Below, in pieces: positions 18,876 to 27,230 of a stretch of DNA of 48,003 nt (the stretch's first letter is position 1; every line of letters begins with the position of its first letter). This stretch comes from an uncultured Ruminococcus sp. GTDB lineage: Bacteria > Bacillota > Clostridia > UBA1212. The notes below the pieces were generated by a model. That model did no database searches and had not been told where the DNA came from. It saw only the letters and a program-made list of their open reading frames with translations. The DNA lies in NCBI GenBank assembly GCA_902782645.1, contig CACZNV010000157.1:1-48003 (forward strand). Direction: 5' to 3'. Both the position numbers and the translations under genes were made by a program.

Positions 18876-19649
18876 TCAGTTTCTGTTTCCCTTGTAAAGG
18901 AAATTCATCACAAACCCTGCCGGCAGTATTTTTCCCGCAGCATAGGCCGCTTTCATGGAAAAAGTCGGTATGCAAACAGCTTTTCCCTTTGCCGCCGCTT
19001 TAAGCGCTTTTCTTGCCACGTTTTCGGGCGTGGTAACGCTCTTTTGCTTATACGCCGGAAGCTCTTTGCCGTCCCTTGCCTTCTTCAAAAACTCTGTGTC
19101 GCAGGGTCCGGGGCACACCGCAGTTACTGTGATACCGTCCTTTTTCAGTTCTTTTGACACCGCTCTGGAAAAGCTGAACACAAATGCTTTTGACGCTGCA
19201 TACACCGCAAATCCCGGCTGGGGCGAGAATGCCGCAGCGCTCGCAATGTTGATGATTTTGGCGTATTTTCCGCAATAAGGCAGGAACTCGCCAAGCACAG
19301 CCGCATTTGCCCTGCAGTTAAGGTCAATCACATCCTCCGCAAGCTTTTTGTCGCTGTCTTTGAAATCTCCGTAGAAGCCGGTTCCGGCGCTGAGGACAAG
19401 ACAGCTTATGCTTTTTTCTCCGTCGTTTAAAAGGCTTGACACCTTTTCAAGCGACTCACTGCTTCGAATGTCCGCCTCCACAAGCTTGATGCGGTCCGTT
19501 CCGCACAGTTTTGCAGTTTCCTCAAGACCAGGAAGCCTCCTCGCCAAGAGCCACAGCTCATCAAACGTTTCGGCGTAGTTCCTGCAGAGTTCCACCGCAA
19601 TCGCCCTCCCTATTCCCGAAGATGCTCCGGCAACAAGCGCAATTCTCAA
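18876..19649 (-). CDS. SDR-family oxidoreductase
   Basis: Has the ALVAGASSGIGRAIA Rossmann motif and a YAASK catalytic motif. I favour the TTG start at 19649, with GGAGG 8 nt upstream. Confidence 0.8.
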   Translation of the reverse strand: MRIALVAGASSGIGRAIAVELCRNYAETFDELWLLARRLPGLEETAKLCGTDRIKLVEADIRSSESLEKVSSLLNDGEKSISCLVLSAGTGFYGDFKDSDKKLAEDVIDLNCRANAAVLGEFLPYCGKYAKIINIASAAAFSPQPGFAVYAASKAFVFSFSRAVSKELKKDGITVTAVCPGPCDTEFLKKARDGKELPAYKQKSVTTPENVARKALKAAAKGKAVCIPTFSMKAAYAAGKILPAGFVMNFLYKGNRN

Positions 19650-19654
19650 GCAAA

Positions 19655-20377
19655 TCACCTCCGGTCAAGCCGCCGCTTTTGGTGCAACAGTCCGTATTTT
19701 ACCGTGATTCTGTTCATGGTTCTCCTCATAGGCCTCGCCAGTATCAGCAAAAAGAACACATTCGAAACCGCATACATTATCGTAAACGGAAGAGCATTCA
19801 TGGCTGTTACAAGGTAAGAGCTCCAGGAGAACTTTCCGAATATCCATACGGTGGACCACACGTCAATCACCAGCGAGAACATCGGCCCGGCAAAAAAGCC
19901 CACTGTGCACAGGATTGCAGTGTGTTTACGAAGTATAGGCCCCAAAAGGCCCGCCACGAGACCTATCAGCCCCCAGGTGAACATCTGAAAGATAGTCCAT
20001 CCGCCCTGTCCGAAGAAAAAGTTTGACAGCAGCGCTGAAAAAGCACCAACCATAAAGCCCGTCTCGCCGCCAAGGTAAGCACCGGCAAATATCGTCATTG
20101 CAAACACCGGTTTAAACCCCGGCGTCGCCGCAAACAACACCCTCCCTGCCACCGATAGAGCCGTAAAAACTGCTGCCAGGACTGCTTTTGCCGCATTGTC
20201 GGCTCCTCTTTCGAAGCAAAGCATAAATGCCGCAACCGCCACAAACGCAATACCAACCGCAACAGGCATGAATGCTTTTTTCGGAAGATATACCGCAAAA
20301 GTCACGATCATTGCCGGTATAATCAAGGCTACAGCCAGGTAGGCAATTATTCTTTTCAGGGTATTTCTCTCAGCCAT
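19655..20377 (-). CDS. ECF transporter substrate-specific (S) component, substrate unknown
   Basis: About 240 aa from the ATG at 20377 (MAERNTLK...), with six hydrophobic helices and an FFGQGGWTIFQMFTWG motif. It lies directly downstream of the ECF A and T genes. The upstream ORF extension overlaps the ATPase gene and I reject it. Confidence 0.6.
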   Translation of the reverse strand: MAERNTLKRIIAYLAVALIIPAMIVTFAVYLPKKAFMPVAVGIAFVAVAAFMLCFERGADNAAKAVLAAVFTALSVAGRVLFAATPGFKPVFAMTIFAGAYLGGETGFMVGAFSALLSNFFFGQGGWTIFQMFTWGLIGLVAGLLGPILRKHTAILCTVGFFAGPMFSLVIDVWSTVWIFGKFSWSSYLVTAMNALPFTIMYAVSNVFFLLILARPMRRTMNRITVKYGLLHQKRRLDRR

Positions 20378-20384
20378 TTTCCGT

Positions 20385-21755
20385 TTAAAGTATCGTACCG
20401 CCCGAAAGCACCCCCGCACAGTCTGCGGCAGCAAGTGTGAAGTTGATGTCGTGGGTAACGAACACCGAAGTAATTCCCTCTCCGGAGAGCGTTCGCATAA
20501 GCTCCGCAAGCCGTTTTTTCGCCGTGTCGTCAAGACCTTTCGTAGGCTCGTCAAAGAGCATCACATCTGCCCCGGCAAGTATCAGTTTCGCTATTGCGGC
20601 CCGTTCCACCTCTCCTCCGCTAAGGTCAAGCACATGGGAATCTAAAACAGAGTCCGTCAATTCGAGCTTTTTTGCTATTTCTCTGATCTTTTCGTCTGCT
20701 TCTTTCCCCGTTGCGCCCTTTCTCTTCAGGAAGAATCTGAGGTCCTTTCTCACTGTCTCTTCGATAAACATCGAAAGCGGATTCTGCGTCATGGCTGACA
20801 GTTTCCCGTCTATCTTTATCTTGCCCTGCTGAGGCTTCAGTTCGCCGGTCAGACACCTGAGGAAGGTTGTCTTCCCGCATCCGTTTCCTCCGAGCAGTGC
20901 AAACACTGATCCCTTCGGTATCAGAAGATCCACACCGTCAAGCACATTCTGACCGTTTCTGTCATACCTGAAAGCCAGATTTCTTACCATAACCGTAGGC
21001 GCAGATTCATTTTTATTCTTCCCGTTTAAGGAAAAAACCTTGTCATAGAAGACATCCGTCGCACCGCCGCAGAAATCAGTTTCAATGTCCGTAACCTTTC
21101 CGTTTTCAACCTTTACGACACGGTCAAATCTTCCCGCAAACTCCGATATCCTGTGTTCCGCCACAATCACCGTTGTGCCGAAATCGCGGTTGATACTGTC
21201 CACAAGATCAAGGAACCTCACCGCTGCAACAGGGTCAAGGTATGTGGTCGGTTCATCCAGCAGCAGTATCTCCGGTTTCAGCATGATGGCAGCAGCTAAA
21301 CTCACAATCTGCTTCTGACCTCCCGACAGCTCGGATATTCTGCGTTTAAGAAGGCTTTCAATCCCGAAATACGTTGCGGTCCATGCAATTCTTCTCCTGA
21401 TTTCCACTCCGGAAATGCCCGTGTTTTCGCAGGAAAAAGCGAGTTCACCGTATACGGTGTCCACAACAATCTGCGTTTCAGGGTTCTGCGCAACATACGA
21501 TACTTTAGAGATAATCTCCGCTCTCGGAATGGAATTGACATCCGTTCCGTCTATCAGGACCCTTCCCGAAACAGTGCCCCTCGGCATAGTTGCAGGCGAA
21601 ATAACCTTGAGAAGCGTTGATTTTCCGGAGCCCGATCCGCCTGCAAGGAGAATCTTTTCCCCCGCCTCAACGTCCAGGTCCGCACCGTCAAGAACATTTC
21701 TGCCGCCAAGGGCATACCTGTAACTCAGGCCTTCGATTCGAAGCTTTTTTGCCAT
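20385..21755 (-). CDS. Fused double ATP-binding (EcfA-EcfA type) ABC protein
   Basis: 456-aa ORF with two Walker A sites (GGSGSGKST, GGNGCGKTT), two signature motifs (LSGGQ, LSGGE) and two Walker B sites (LLLDEPT, MLFDEPT). Confidence 0.88.
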   Translation of the reverse strand: MAKKLRIEGLSYRYALGGRNVLDGADLDVEAGEKILLAGGSGSGKSTLLKVISPATMPRGTVSGRVLIDGTDVNSIPRAEIISKVSYVAQNPETQIVVDTVYGELAFSCENTGISGVEIRRRIAWTATYFGIESLLKRRISELSGGQKQIVSLAAAIMLKPEILLLDEPTTYLDPVAAVRFLDLVDSINRDFGTTVIVAEHRISEFAGRFDRVVKVENGKVTDIETDFCGGATDVFYDKVFSLNGKNKNESAPTVMVRNLAFRYDRNGQNVLDGVDLLIPKGSVFALLGGNGCGKTTFLRCLTGELKPQQGKIKIDGKLSAMTQNPLSMFIEETVRKDLRFFLKRKGATGKEADEKIREIAKKLELTDSVLDSHVLDLSGGEVERAAIAKLILAGADVMLFDEPTKGLDDTAKKRLAELMRTLSGEGITSVFVTHDINFTLAAADCAGVLSGGTIL

Positions 21756-22612
21756 CTAATCCTCCAATCTATAACCTGTCCGGCAGGAAGCAGAAACAGC
21801 AGCGCACACGCGACAATCATGGGGATCGCGTAAAGGCCGAATTTCACAAAAGCCGGTGAGGGATAATAAGCAAATCCGAAATCTCCCGTTTTCTCGCCCA
21901 CGGCAATGAACGCCGCGCAAAACGCGGTGACAAGCAGCAGATCCGTATCGGACTCCCGCCACTTTTTATGCCTCGCAGAAGCTCTTCTTACAAGTCCGTA
22001 CCCTCTTGCCTTCATGGTCGATGCCATATCCATAGCATTTTCCACAGACCGCTCCGTCACGGACATGAACACCTTCGAAATAATCAGTGCCCTTTTAAAA
22101 TACCCCTTGCTCTCAAAAATACCCAGCATTTTCTGTGCGGAAAGGGTCTCTCTGAACTTCTTGATTATTTCCGGTATGTATCTCAGCGTAACCGTTATAA
22201 CAACAGACACGAAAGGAAGCACTTTTCCCAGCGTCATCACAAGGTCTTCGGTATCGGTTTCATCCGTAATGAAAACGCACCACATGGCAACCCCGACAAT
22301 CATGACTCCTGCCGAAAGTCCGTAATAGAAAGCTTCAAGCGTTATGTGCCGCCTCAGCAGATCGAACAGAATCGTTTTTCCGTCATGGGCAATAAAGCAG
22401 TTCATGACTCCAATCAGCAGAACCGAAACAATCCCGCCGCCAATGTACTTCAAGAGCCGCTTAAGCGGTGTACCTCCTGCTGCAAGAGCCGTTACCGCTC
22501 CGACCAGGGACATGCCCCTTACCGCAGGGTTTTCCGTAAACATTGAAATCGCGAAAATGACCGCAAAGAAAGCCAGTTTTGTTATCGGATGATAATTTCT
22601 GAACCGGTGCAT
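21725..22612 (-). CDS. ECF transporter transmembrane (T) component, CbiQ/EcfT family
   Basis: Polytopic ORF whose 3' end overlaps the ATPase start. I favour the ATG at 22612, with GGGAG 8 nt upstream. The ORF track start is 22627. Confidence 0.75.
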   Translation of the reverse strand: MHRFRNYHPITKLAFFAVIFAISMFTENPAVRGMSLVGAVTALAAGGTPLKRLLKYIGGGIVSVLLIGVMNCFIAHDGKTILFDLLRRHITLEAFYYGLSAGVMIVGVAMWCVFITDETDTEDLVMTLGKVLPFVSVVITVTLRYIPEIIKKFRETLSAQKMLGIFESKGYFKRALIISKVFMSVTERSVENAMDMASTMKARGYGLVRRASARHKKWRESDTDLLLVTAFCAAFIAVGEKTGDFGFAYYPSPAFVKFGLYAIPMIVACALLFLLPAGQVIDWRIRWQKSFESKA

Positions 22613-22657
22613 TAACGTTTCTCCCATTGACAGAATAAGTTGTCTTTCGACTCACGT

Positions 22658-22687
22658 ATTCTACCACAAAAAACGCCTGTATTTCAA
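22658..22687 (-). promoter_or_regulatory. Promoter of the ECF operon, TTGAAA-18-TAGAAT with a TG extension
   Basis: The minus strand reads TTGAAAtacaggcgttttttgTGgTAGAAT. It lies about 45 nt upstream of the ecfT start. Confidence 0.6.
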
Positions 22688-22730
22688 GAAAATGAGGATC
22701 CGCGGAGGAGCTATGCACTTGACGGAAACC

Positions 22731-22763
22731 AAAAAAAGGACAGCTTCAAAAATCAGCTGTCCT
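22731..22763 (-). terminator. Rho-independent terminator after the tRNA pair
   Basis: On the minus strand, the 9-bp stem AGGACAGCT/AGCTGTCCT has a 9-nt loop and is followed by T7. Confidence 0.85.
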
Positions 22764-22767
22764 CAAG

Positions 22768-22844
22768 TGGCGCGCCCAGCAGAGCTCGAATCCACAACCT
22801 TCTGGTCCGTAGCCAGACGCTCTATCCAATTGAGCTATGGGCGC
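22768..22844 (-). tRNA. tRNA-Arg (anticodon ACG), CCA encoded
   Basis: The reverse complement is GCGCCCATAGCTCAATTGGATAGAGCGTCTGGCTACGGACCAGAAGGTTGTGGATTCGAGCTCTGCTGGGCGCGCCA. I checked by eye the acceptor stem, the anticodon loop CTACGGA and the T-loop GGATTCGAGCTC. Confidence 0.93.
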
Positions 22845-22854
22845 ATATTCCGGA

Positions 22855-22944
22855 TGGCGGAAAGAGTGGGATTCGAACCCACGGATGGCAAAACCATCGC
22901 CGGTTTTCAAGACCGGTGCCTTAAACCAACTCGACCATCTTTCC
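22855..22944 (-). tRNA. tRNA-Ser (anticodon UGA), long variable arm, CCA encoded
   Basis: The reverse complement is GGAAAGATGGTCGAGTTGG...CCGGTCTTGAAAACCGG...GTGGGTTCGAATCCCACTCTTTCCGCCA. Acceptor stem GGAAAGA/TCTTTCC, anticodon loop CTTGAAA. Confidence 0.93.
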
Positions 22945-22968
22945 GTGTCATCCAAAGGCACGGAGCGG

Positions 22969-22997
22969 ATTTTAGCACAATCATGATAGCGTGTCAA
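22969..22997 (-). promoter_or_regulatory. Consensus promoter of the tRNA-Ser/Arg operon, TTGACA-17-TAAAAT with a TG extension
   Basis: The minus strand reads TTGACAcgctatcatgattgTGcTAAAAT. It ends about 25 nt upstream of the tRNA-Ser 5' end. Confidence 0.8.
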
Positions 22998-23094
22998 TGT
23001 TTTTTTGCGAAAAACGGTTGTGTTCGCAAACCCATTTTCAAAACGCTTTTGAACAGCAAATCATATTCGGTTAGGTCGGAATTTCTGTCCCGGA

Positions 23095-24141
23095 CTAAGC
23101 CGCCGACAGCACAATCCCGCAGTTTTCTGTTATCTTTATCATCACCTCCCGGTCCTTAATTCCCTTCTCGCATTCGCCCTTAACTTCTTCTCCGTCAACG
23201 GCAATCCCGTTCAGAGAAAAATCCTCAAGCAGCATTCTTCCGTCCCCCGTGATTACAAGTCTTGCGTGTCTCCTGCTGGCAAACAGGCTGGGCACACGGA
23301 TATCTGCCCAATCGCCGTCCCGTCCTATTCTCAGGCAAGTTTTCTTATCTCCTGCCACGCTTCTCTCCATCTCAAGAGGCTCAACATCGCCAATACCTCT
23401 GACATGAAGCACAAGTTGCTTCGGTTTTTCACATTCTGAGGGCTTCAGCCCTTTCGACTTAAAAAAGCCCAACAGCTTGTCTTTCAATGTTACATCCGTC
23501 GTCAGCCCTTCGATTCTTTCTATGAGTCTTTCAAGGTCCTCCGCCGTCTCTTCCGGGTTCTCCTCGGATCTTATTCTCCTCACGTCATCCCGCAAGAGTT
23601 CATAATCCGACGCAGGAACACTTTCAACGTCGATGTTAAGAAAAATAATCTTGACAAGGTCATTTACGGTCGTCCTCTCCTGCACATTTTTCAGTCCGGG
23701 CATGTAAAGAAACTTGTAATCGGACTCAACGTTCCTCACAATAACCGCATTGTAGTCATACACAAACTCCCTTGCATCGACCCCGTGTTCCTTTGCACAC
23801 GCCAAGAGCTTCCGCAGGCATGAGGCGATTCCTCTCAGCATTCTCAGTCCGGGCACATCGTCTCCGAACACCGTTTCTTTCAGTGTAGCTCTGCCCCTTA
23901 ACGTACATGTGTAGCCGTCAGGCGTGACGGTGGCAGGGAGTATTTCAGCCTGGTCGCAGTCGTTCAGAAACTCCTTTTCCTGCAGCGCCCTCTTGTAGCT
24001 AATGTAGCACCCTTCTCCTATAAGCCTCAAGGCCGTGGAAGACCTGTCGCTGCTGATCATGATGCAGTTGCCCTGTTCTTTAAGAGCCGTCTCTCCGAAG
24101 CGCTCCCCAATATTCTTTTCTTCAGAGAAACCGTTTACCAA
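23095..24141 (-). CDS. FHA-domain protein with an unassigned N-terminal region of about 250 aa (last gene of the Tad-like operon)
   Basis: 348-aa ORF with a TTG start and GAGGGGG 10 nt upstream. It overlaps the flp stop codon. The C-terminus LRIGRDGDWADIRVPSLFASRRHARLVITGDGRMLLEDFSLNGIAVDG is a canonical FHA core (G-R...S-R-x-H...N-G). Confidence 0.8.
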   Translation of the reverse strand: MVNGFSEEKNIGERFGETALKEQGNCIMISSDRSSTALRLIGEGCYISYKRALQEKEFLNDCDQAEILPATVTPDGYTCTLRGRATLKETVFGDDVPGLRMLRGIASCLRKLLACAKEHGVDAREFVYDYNAVIVRNVESDYKFLYMPGLKNVQERTTVNDLVKIIFLNIDVESVPASDYELLRDDVRRIRSEENPEETAEDLERLIERIEGLTTDVTLKDKLLGFFKSKGLKPSECEKPKQLVLHVRGIGDVEPLEMERSVAGDKKTCLRIGRDGDWADIRVPSLFASRRHARLVITGDGRMLLEDFSLNGIAVDGEEVKGECEKGIKDREVMIKITENCGIVLSAA

Positions 24142-24371
24142 TCCGTAAATACCCCCTCGGTCTTTGACTCAATGTTCTCAAACATATTGTTTGCGTATCT
24201 TGTGATGAATGTTTTGAACAGAAGCGCCAATGCGACAAGCACAGCCACAAGAAGCACTATTTCAACAGTGCCAAGCCCATTGGCGTCGTCCCTAAAACGG
24301 CAAAGTCTCTGTCTCAAAGACAGTGCACAGCCGCAAACGGTTTTACTGATTTTCATTGTTAATGATTTCAA
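24135..24371 (-). CDS. flp: Flp-family type IVb/IVc pilin precursor
   Basis: 78-aa ORF. The segment GLGTVEIVLLVAVLVALALLF matches the Flp processing/hydrophobic motif (G/xxxxE followed by a hydrophobic helix). TTG start with GGGGAGGGG 6 nt upstream. Confidence 0.65.
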   Translation of the reverse strand: MKSLTMKISKTVCGCALSLRQRLCRFRDDANGLGTVEIVLLVAVLVALALLFKTFITRYANNMFENIESKTEGVFTDW

Positions 24372-24428
24372 ATTCTACCCCTCCCCGGTGTTTATTATTT
24401 TATAGGCGATAAGCCGAAATTATCAAAT

Positions 24429-25157
24429 TCAAGAGGAAAACAGCCTGATCATTGCCGGCGCCGCAGTCAGGACAAGCACCGCAATAAGGACCATCACTGA
24501 GGGAATCACCATCAGTGTTGACGCCTCATCCGCCATCTGTTTTGAAATGGCCTTGCGCTCCTCTCTTTGGTTGGCGGCATGCATTCTGAGCAGCGGCGCA
24601 AGTTCATCCGCTCCTTTTCTCGAGTTCTGGATCACCAGCGACACAAACGTACTCACCTGGGCGTCGCCGCACCTTTTTGCAAGGTTTTCCATTGCCGTCT
24701 CGGGCTCGTAATAGTAGCCCGACTGGGTTGCAAAATCGCTGACCGTGTGTCTCAGCTCATCGCCAAGGGCTCCGTCCCGCTCTTTCATATAGCCGCTCAC
24801 AGTCACTATTGCGCTCCAGATTGGAACACCTGCATCCACAAGCACTGCAAGACGCTCGAGAAGGTCCGCAAGACCAAGCCTCAGCTTTCTTGTTTTTTTC
24901 TTTGCCTTGTCGTTTATCCCGTGTTCGGACATCACGGTCAGGATGACCGGCACGCCTGCGCCAAGCCCCGCCGCCTCACCAAGACTGAGTCCGAAAACCA
25001 TGCCGGTCGCAAACGTCAGCGCCCCGAAGACCGGAAGCATCCTGAAAAGCGTTTTCCTCTCCTTTTTCTTTTTTTCAAAGGCCTCTCCGTAGATGAACTT
25101 AAGCTTCCTGTTCATCGATTCATTGTACGAAGCCAGCGCCGAAAACCGAATCGCCAA
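24429..25157 (-). CDS. tadC: TadC-like type II secretion system F-family membrane protein
   Basis: 242-aa ORF with a T2SSF-like helical domain flanked by TM segments. Its position is downstream of tadB. TTG start preceded by a G7 tract. Confidence 0.72.
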   Translation of the reverse strand: MAIRFSALASYNESMNRKLKFIYGEAFEKKKKERKTLFRMLPVFGALTFATGMVFGLSLGEAAGLGAGVPVILTVMSEHGINDKAKKKTRKLRLGLADLLERLAVLVDAGVPIWSAIVTVSGYMKERDGALGDELRHTVSDFATQSGYYYEPETAMENLAKRCGDAQVSTFVSLVIQNSRKGADELAPLLRMHAANQREERKAISKQMADEASTLMVIPSVMVLIAVLVLTAAPAMIRLFSS

Positions 25158-25205
25158 CGGTCTCCCCCCCTCTCATAAACCACCAAACCCCTTGATTGTT
25201 GATCT

Positions 25206-25997
25206 TCATATCTCTATATTGCAAAGCTTGCTCCCGAGTATCCAGGCCCCGCCGATGAGCACCATTGCCCCTATTGAGATAAAAAGCCCGGCGCTGCTGC
25301 CGTACAAGGTGTCCATGTAACCCTTTGACATGCTTTTTACAAGAAGGACCAGCGCAAAAGGCATAACGGTAATGATTCTGAGGTTGTATCTTGGCAATGC
25401 AAGCGAGCCTGCAATCTCCGCATCCGTCTCAAATTTGATGCGTATGTTTGAAAGCGCATTTCTTATCACATAGGCCATGTTTCCTCCGCGAATACCGACA
25501 ATCGACATGGCTTTTACGCAGCTTATGATGTCCTCGCTCCCGGTCTTTCCGGCAAACTCAAGAAGCTCATCGTAAAAGTGGTAAAGCATCCCCGTCTTTC
25601 TGCACACTGCATCAAGCTCCGGAGCGATATGCGCGATTTTCAGCGAACTCCCGTTCCGGCAGTCACCGCACACCGACTCGAAGGCCTGCTCCACAGAATT
25701 TCCGGCAGTCACCGCCGCAAGAACCAGCTGCATCGCCTCAAGAAACTCTCTCTCAATCTTTCTCTTTCTTTTTGCCCTGAGTGAGATCAGGAAGCTTCTC
25801 ATGAAAAAAGGAAATGCCAATGCTGCAACCACAACCGACACATAGATATTGTTCGAAAGTATGAATGCGCCGGCTGTCACTGCGGCAAAGAACGCAAGCC
25901 CTGCGGCGGCGGGAATGACCGGATTCACGGCATACATTCCCTCCCCGCGGATAAAAAACTTTCCGAACAGATTCTTAAATCCCGCAGATTTTTTCAT
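25206..25997 (-). CDS. tadB: TadB-like type II secretion system F-family membrane protein
   Basis: T2SSF-like ORF. I favour the ATG at 25997 (GGAGGAG 10 nt upstream), which overlaps the tadA 3' end. The ORF track start is 26018. Confidence 0.72.
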   Translation of the reverse strand: MKKSAGFKNLFGKFFIRGEGMYAVNPVIPAAAGLAFFAAVTAGAFILSNNIYVSVVVAALAFPFFMRSFLISLRAKRKRKIEREFLEAMQLVLAAVTAGNSVEQAFESVCGDCRNGSSLKIAHIAPELDAVCRKTGMLYHFYDELLEFAGKTGSEDIISCVKAMSIVGIRGGNMAYVIRNALSNIRIKFETDAEIAGSLALPRYNLRIITVMPFALVLLVKSMSKGYMDTLYGSSAGLFISIGAMVLIGGAWILGSKLCNIEI

Positions 25998-27150
25998 AGA
26001 TTCTTGTCTCCTCCGCAAGCTCTCCTGTCTTCAATCCGTTTTTGTACAAAGTCTTAAGCGCCACCTTCCCGTCCTCCATTCCGGACACGTAGCATATTTC
26101 CGAGACAAAACGTTTCATATCGCTGTTCCGCTGCATGTGAACAACCAGATCAAGGCCCGAAGCTATCTGCTTTCTAATCGCTTCACTGTTGATATTTCCC
26201 TCCCAGAGAGCCATAGTCTCAAGCCTGGTTATAATATCTCTGGCGCTGTTACCGTGGGCCGTTGACATGCTCCCGTCGTGTCCCGTGCACATTGCCTGCA
26301 GCATATCCACCGCCGCAGAGTCTCTGACCTCGCCGACAATAATTCTGTCCGGTCTCATTCTCAAGGCGGTCTTTATAAGGGTTCTCATGCTCACGCCTCC
26401 CGCGCCGCCGGGTCCGGGCTCCCTGGTTTCAAGCCTCACAAGGTTGGGAGGCGAAAGTCTCAGCTCCGCGGAGTCCTCAACCGTGACAATGCGTTCGCTG
26501 TCAGGAATGAATTTACAGAGAACATTGAGGAAGGTAGTTTTGCCGCTCGAAGTGCCGCCGGACACGAATATATTAACCTTGGCTTTGACGCACCGGGCAA
26601 GAAACCCGGCCTCCTCGGCAGAAAGACTTCCAAGCCGCACCAGCTCTTCCATAACAAACGACTTGTCCGGAAACTTCCTTATCGTCACTATCGGCCCGTT
26701 TATCGCCACCGGCTTCAAAACCACGTTAACCCTGGAACCGTCCGAAAGCCTCGCATCCACGACAGGCGAACTCTCATTAACAGTCCTGTCAACCCATGAA
26801 ACCATCGACTGAATCACATTAAGCAGCACACCCGCATCGGAGAATCTTTTGTCATATCTCTCGATTTTTCCGTTCTTTTCGATGTAAATATTCTCCGTGC
26901 CGTTGATCATGATCTCGTTCACCTCCGGATCGTCCAGCAGCGGCTGCAGGATTCCAAGCTTACGGTGGGACGAAAAAACCGTCTCCGCAATCTCTTTCTT
27001 CTCCTCATCGCCAATGCCCGTCTTCCCCGCAAGTTCCTCAACACACTCAAGTGTCAGCTCCCTGAACTCCCGGTCGGAATACGCCCCGCCCGGCGCCAGT
27101 TTTTTCTTCAGCGATTTCTCCACATAGTCAACATAAAAACGGTTAACCAA
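25975..27150 (-). CDS. tadA: CpaF/TadA-family pilus assembly ATPase (T2SS E / VirB11-like)
   Basis: 391-aa ORF with Walker A GGTSSGKTT, the VTVEDSAEL Asp box, the RPDRIIVGEVR Walker B region and a His box TGHDGSMSTAH. TTG start with GGAGGG 10 nt upstream. Confidence 0.9.
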   Translation of the reverse strand: MVNRFYVDYVEKSLKKKLAPGGAYSDREFRELTLECVEELAGKTGIGDEEKKEIAETVFSSHRKLGILQPLLDDPEVNEIMINGTENIYIEKNGKIERYDKRFSDAGVLLNVIQSMVSWVDRTVNESSPVVDARLSDGSRVNVVLKPVAINGPIVTIRKFPDKSFVMEELVRLGSLSAEEAGFLARCVKAKVNIFVSGGTSSGKTTFLNVLCKFIPDSERIVTVEDSAELRLSPPNLVRLETREPGPGGAGGVSMRTLIKTALRMRPDRIIVGEVRDSAAVDMLQAMCTGHDGSMSTAHGNSARDIITRLETMALWEGNINSEAIRKQIASGLDLVVHMQRNSDMKRFVSEICYVSGMEDGKVALKTLYKNGLKTGELAEETRIYEKICGI

Positions 27151-27230
27151 ATCGGCAATTCCCTCCTTCCGTCACTGTTCTCTGCGGGAAAATGATAACA
27201 TGCGGGAGGGGGTTTTGATAGTCTGCACCG

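Noticed and set aside
20378-20554. A 59-codon N-terminal extension of the ECF S-component ORF.
   Set aside because: It overlaps the 3' end of the ATPase gene in another frame and is hydrophilic and Arg-rich. The ATG at 20377 follows the ATPase stop by 7 nt.
22613-22730. A riboswitch upstream of the ECF transporter operon.
   Set aside because: The predicted promoter leaves only about 40 nt of leader, and no conserved riboswitch core sequence is visible.
25158-25170. The G7/C7 homopolymer in the tadC ribosome-binding region as a phase-variation switch.
   Set aside because: The tract is short and lies outside the coding sequence. A length change would only modulate SD spacing. A single sequence gives no evidence of variation.
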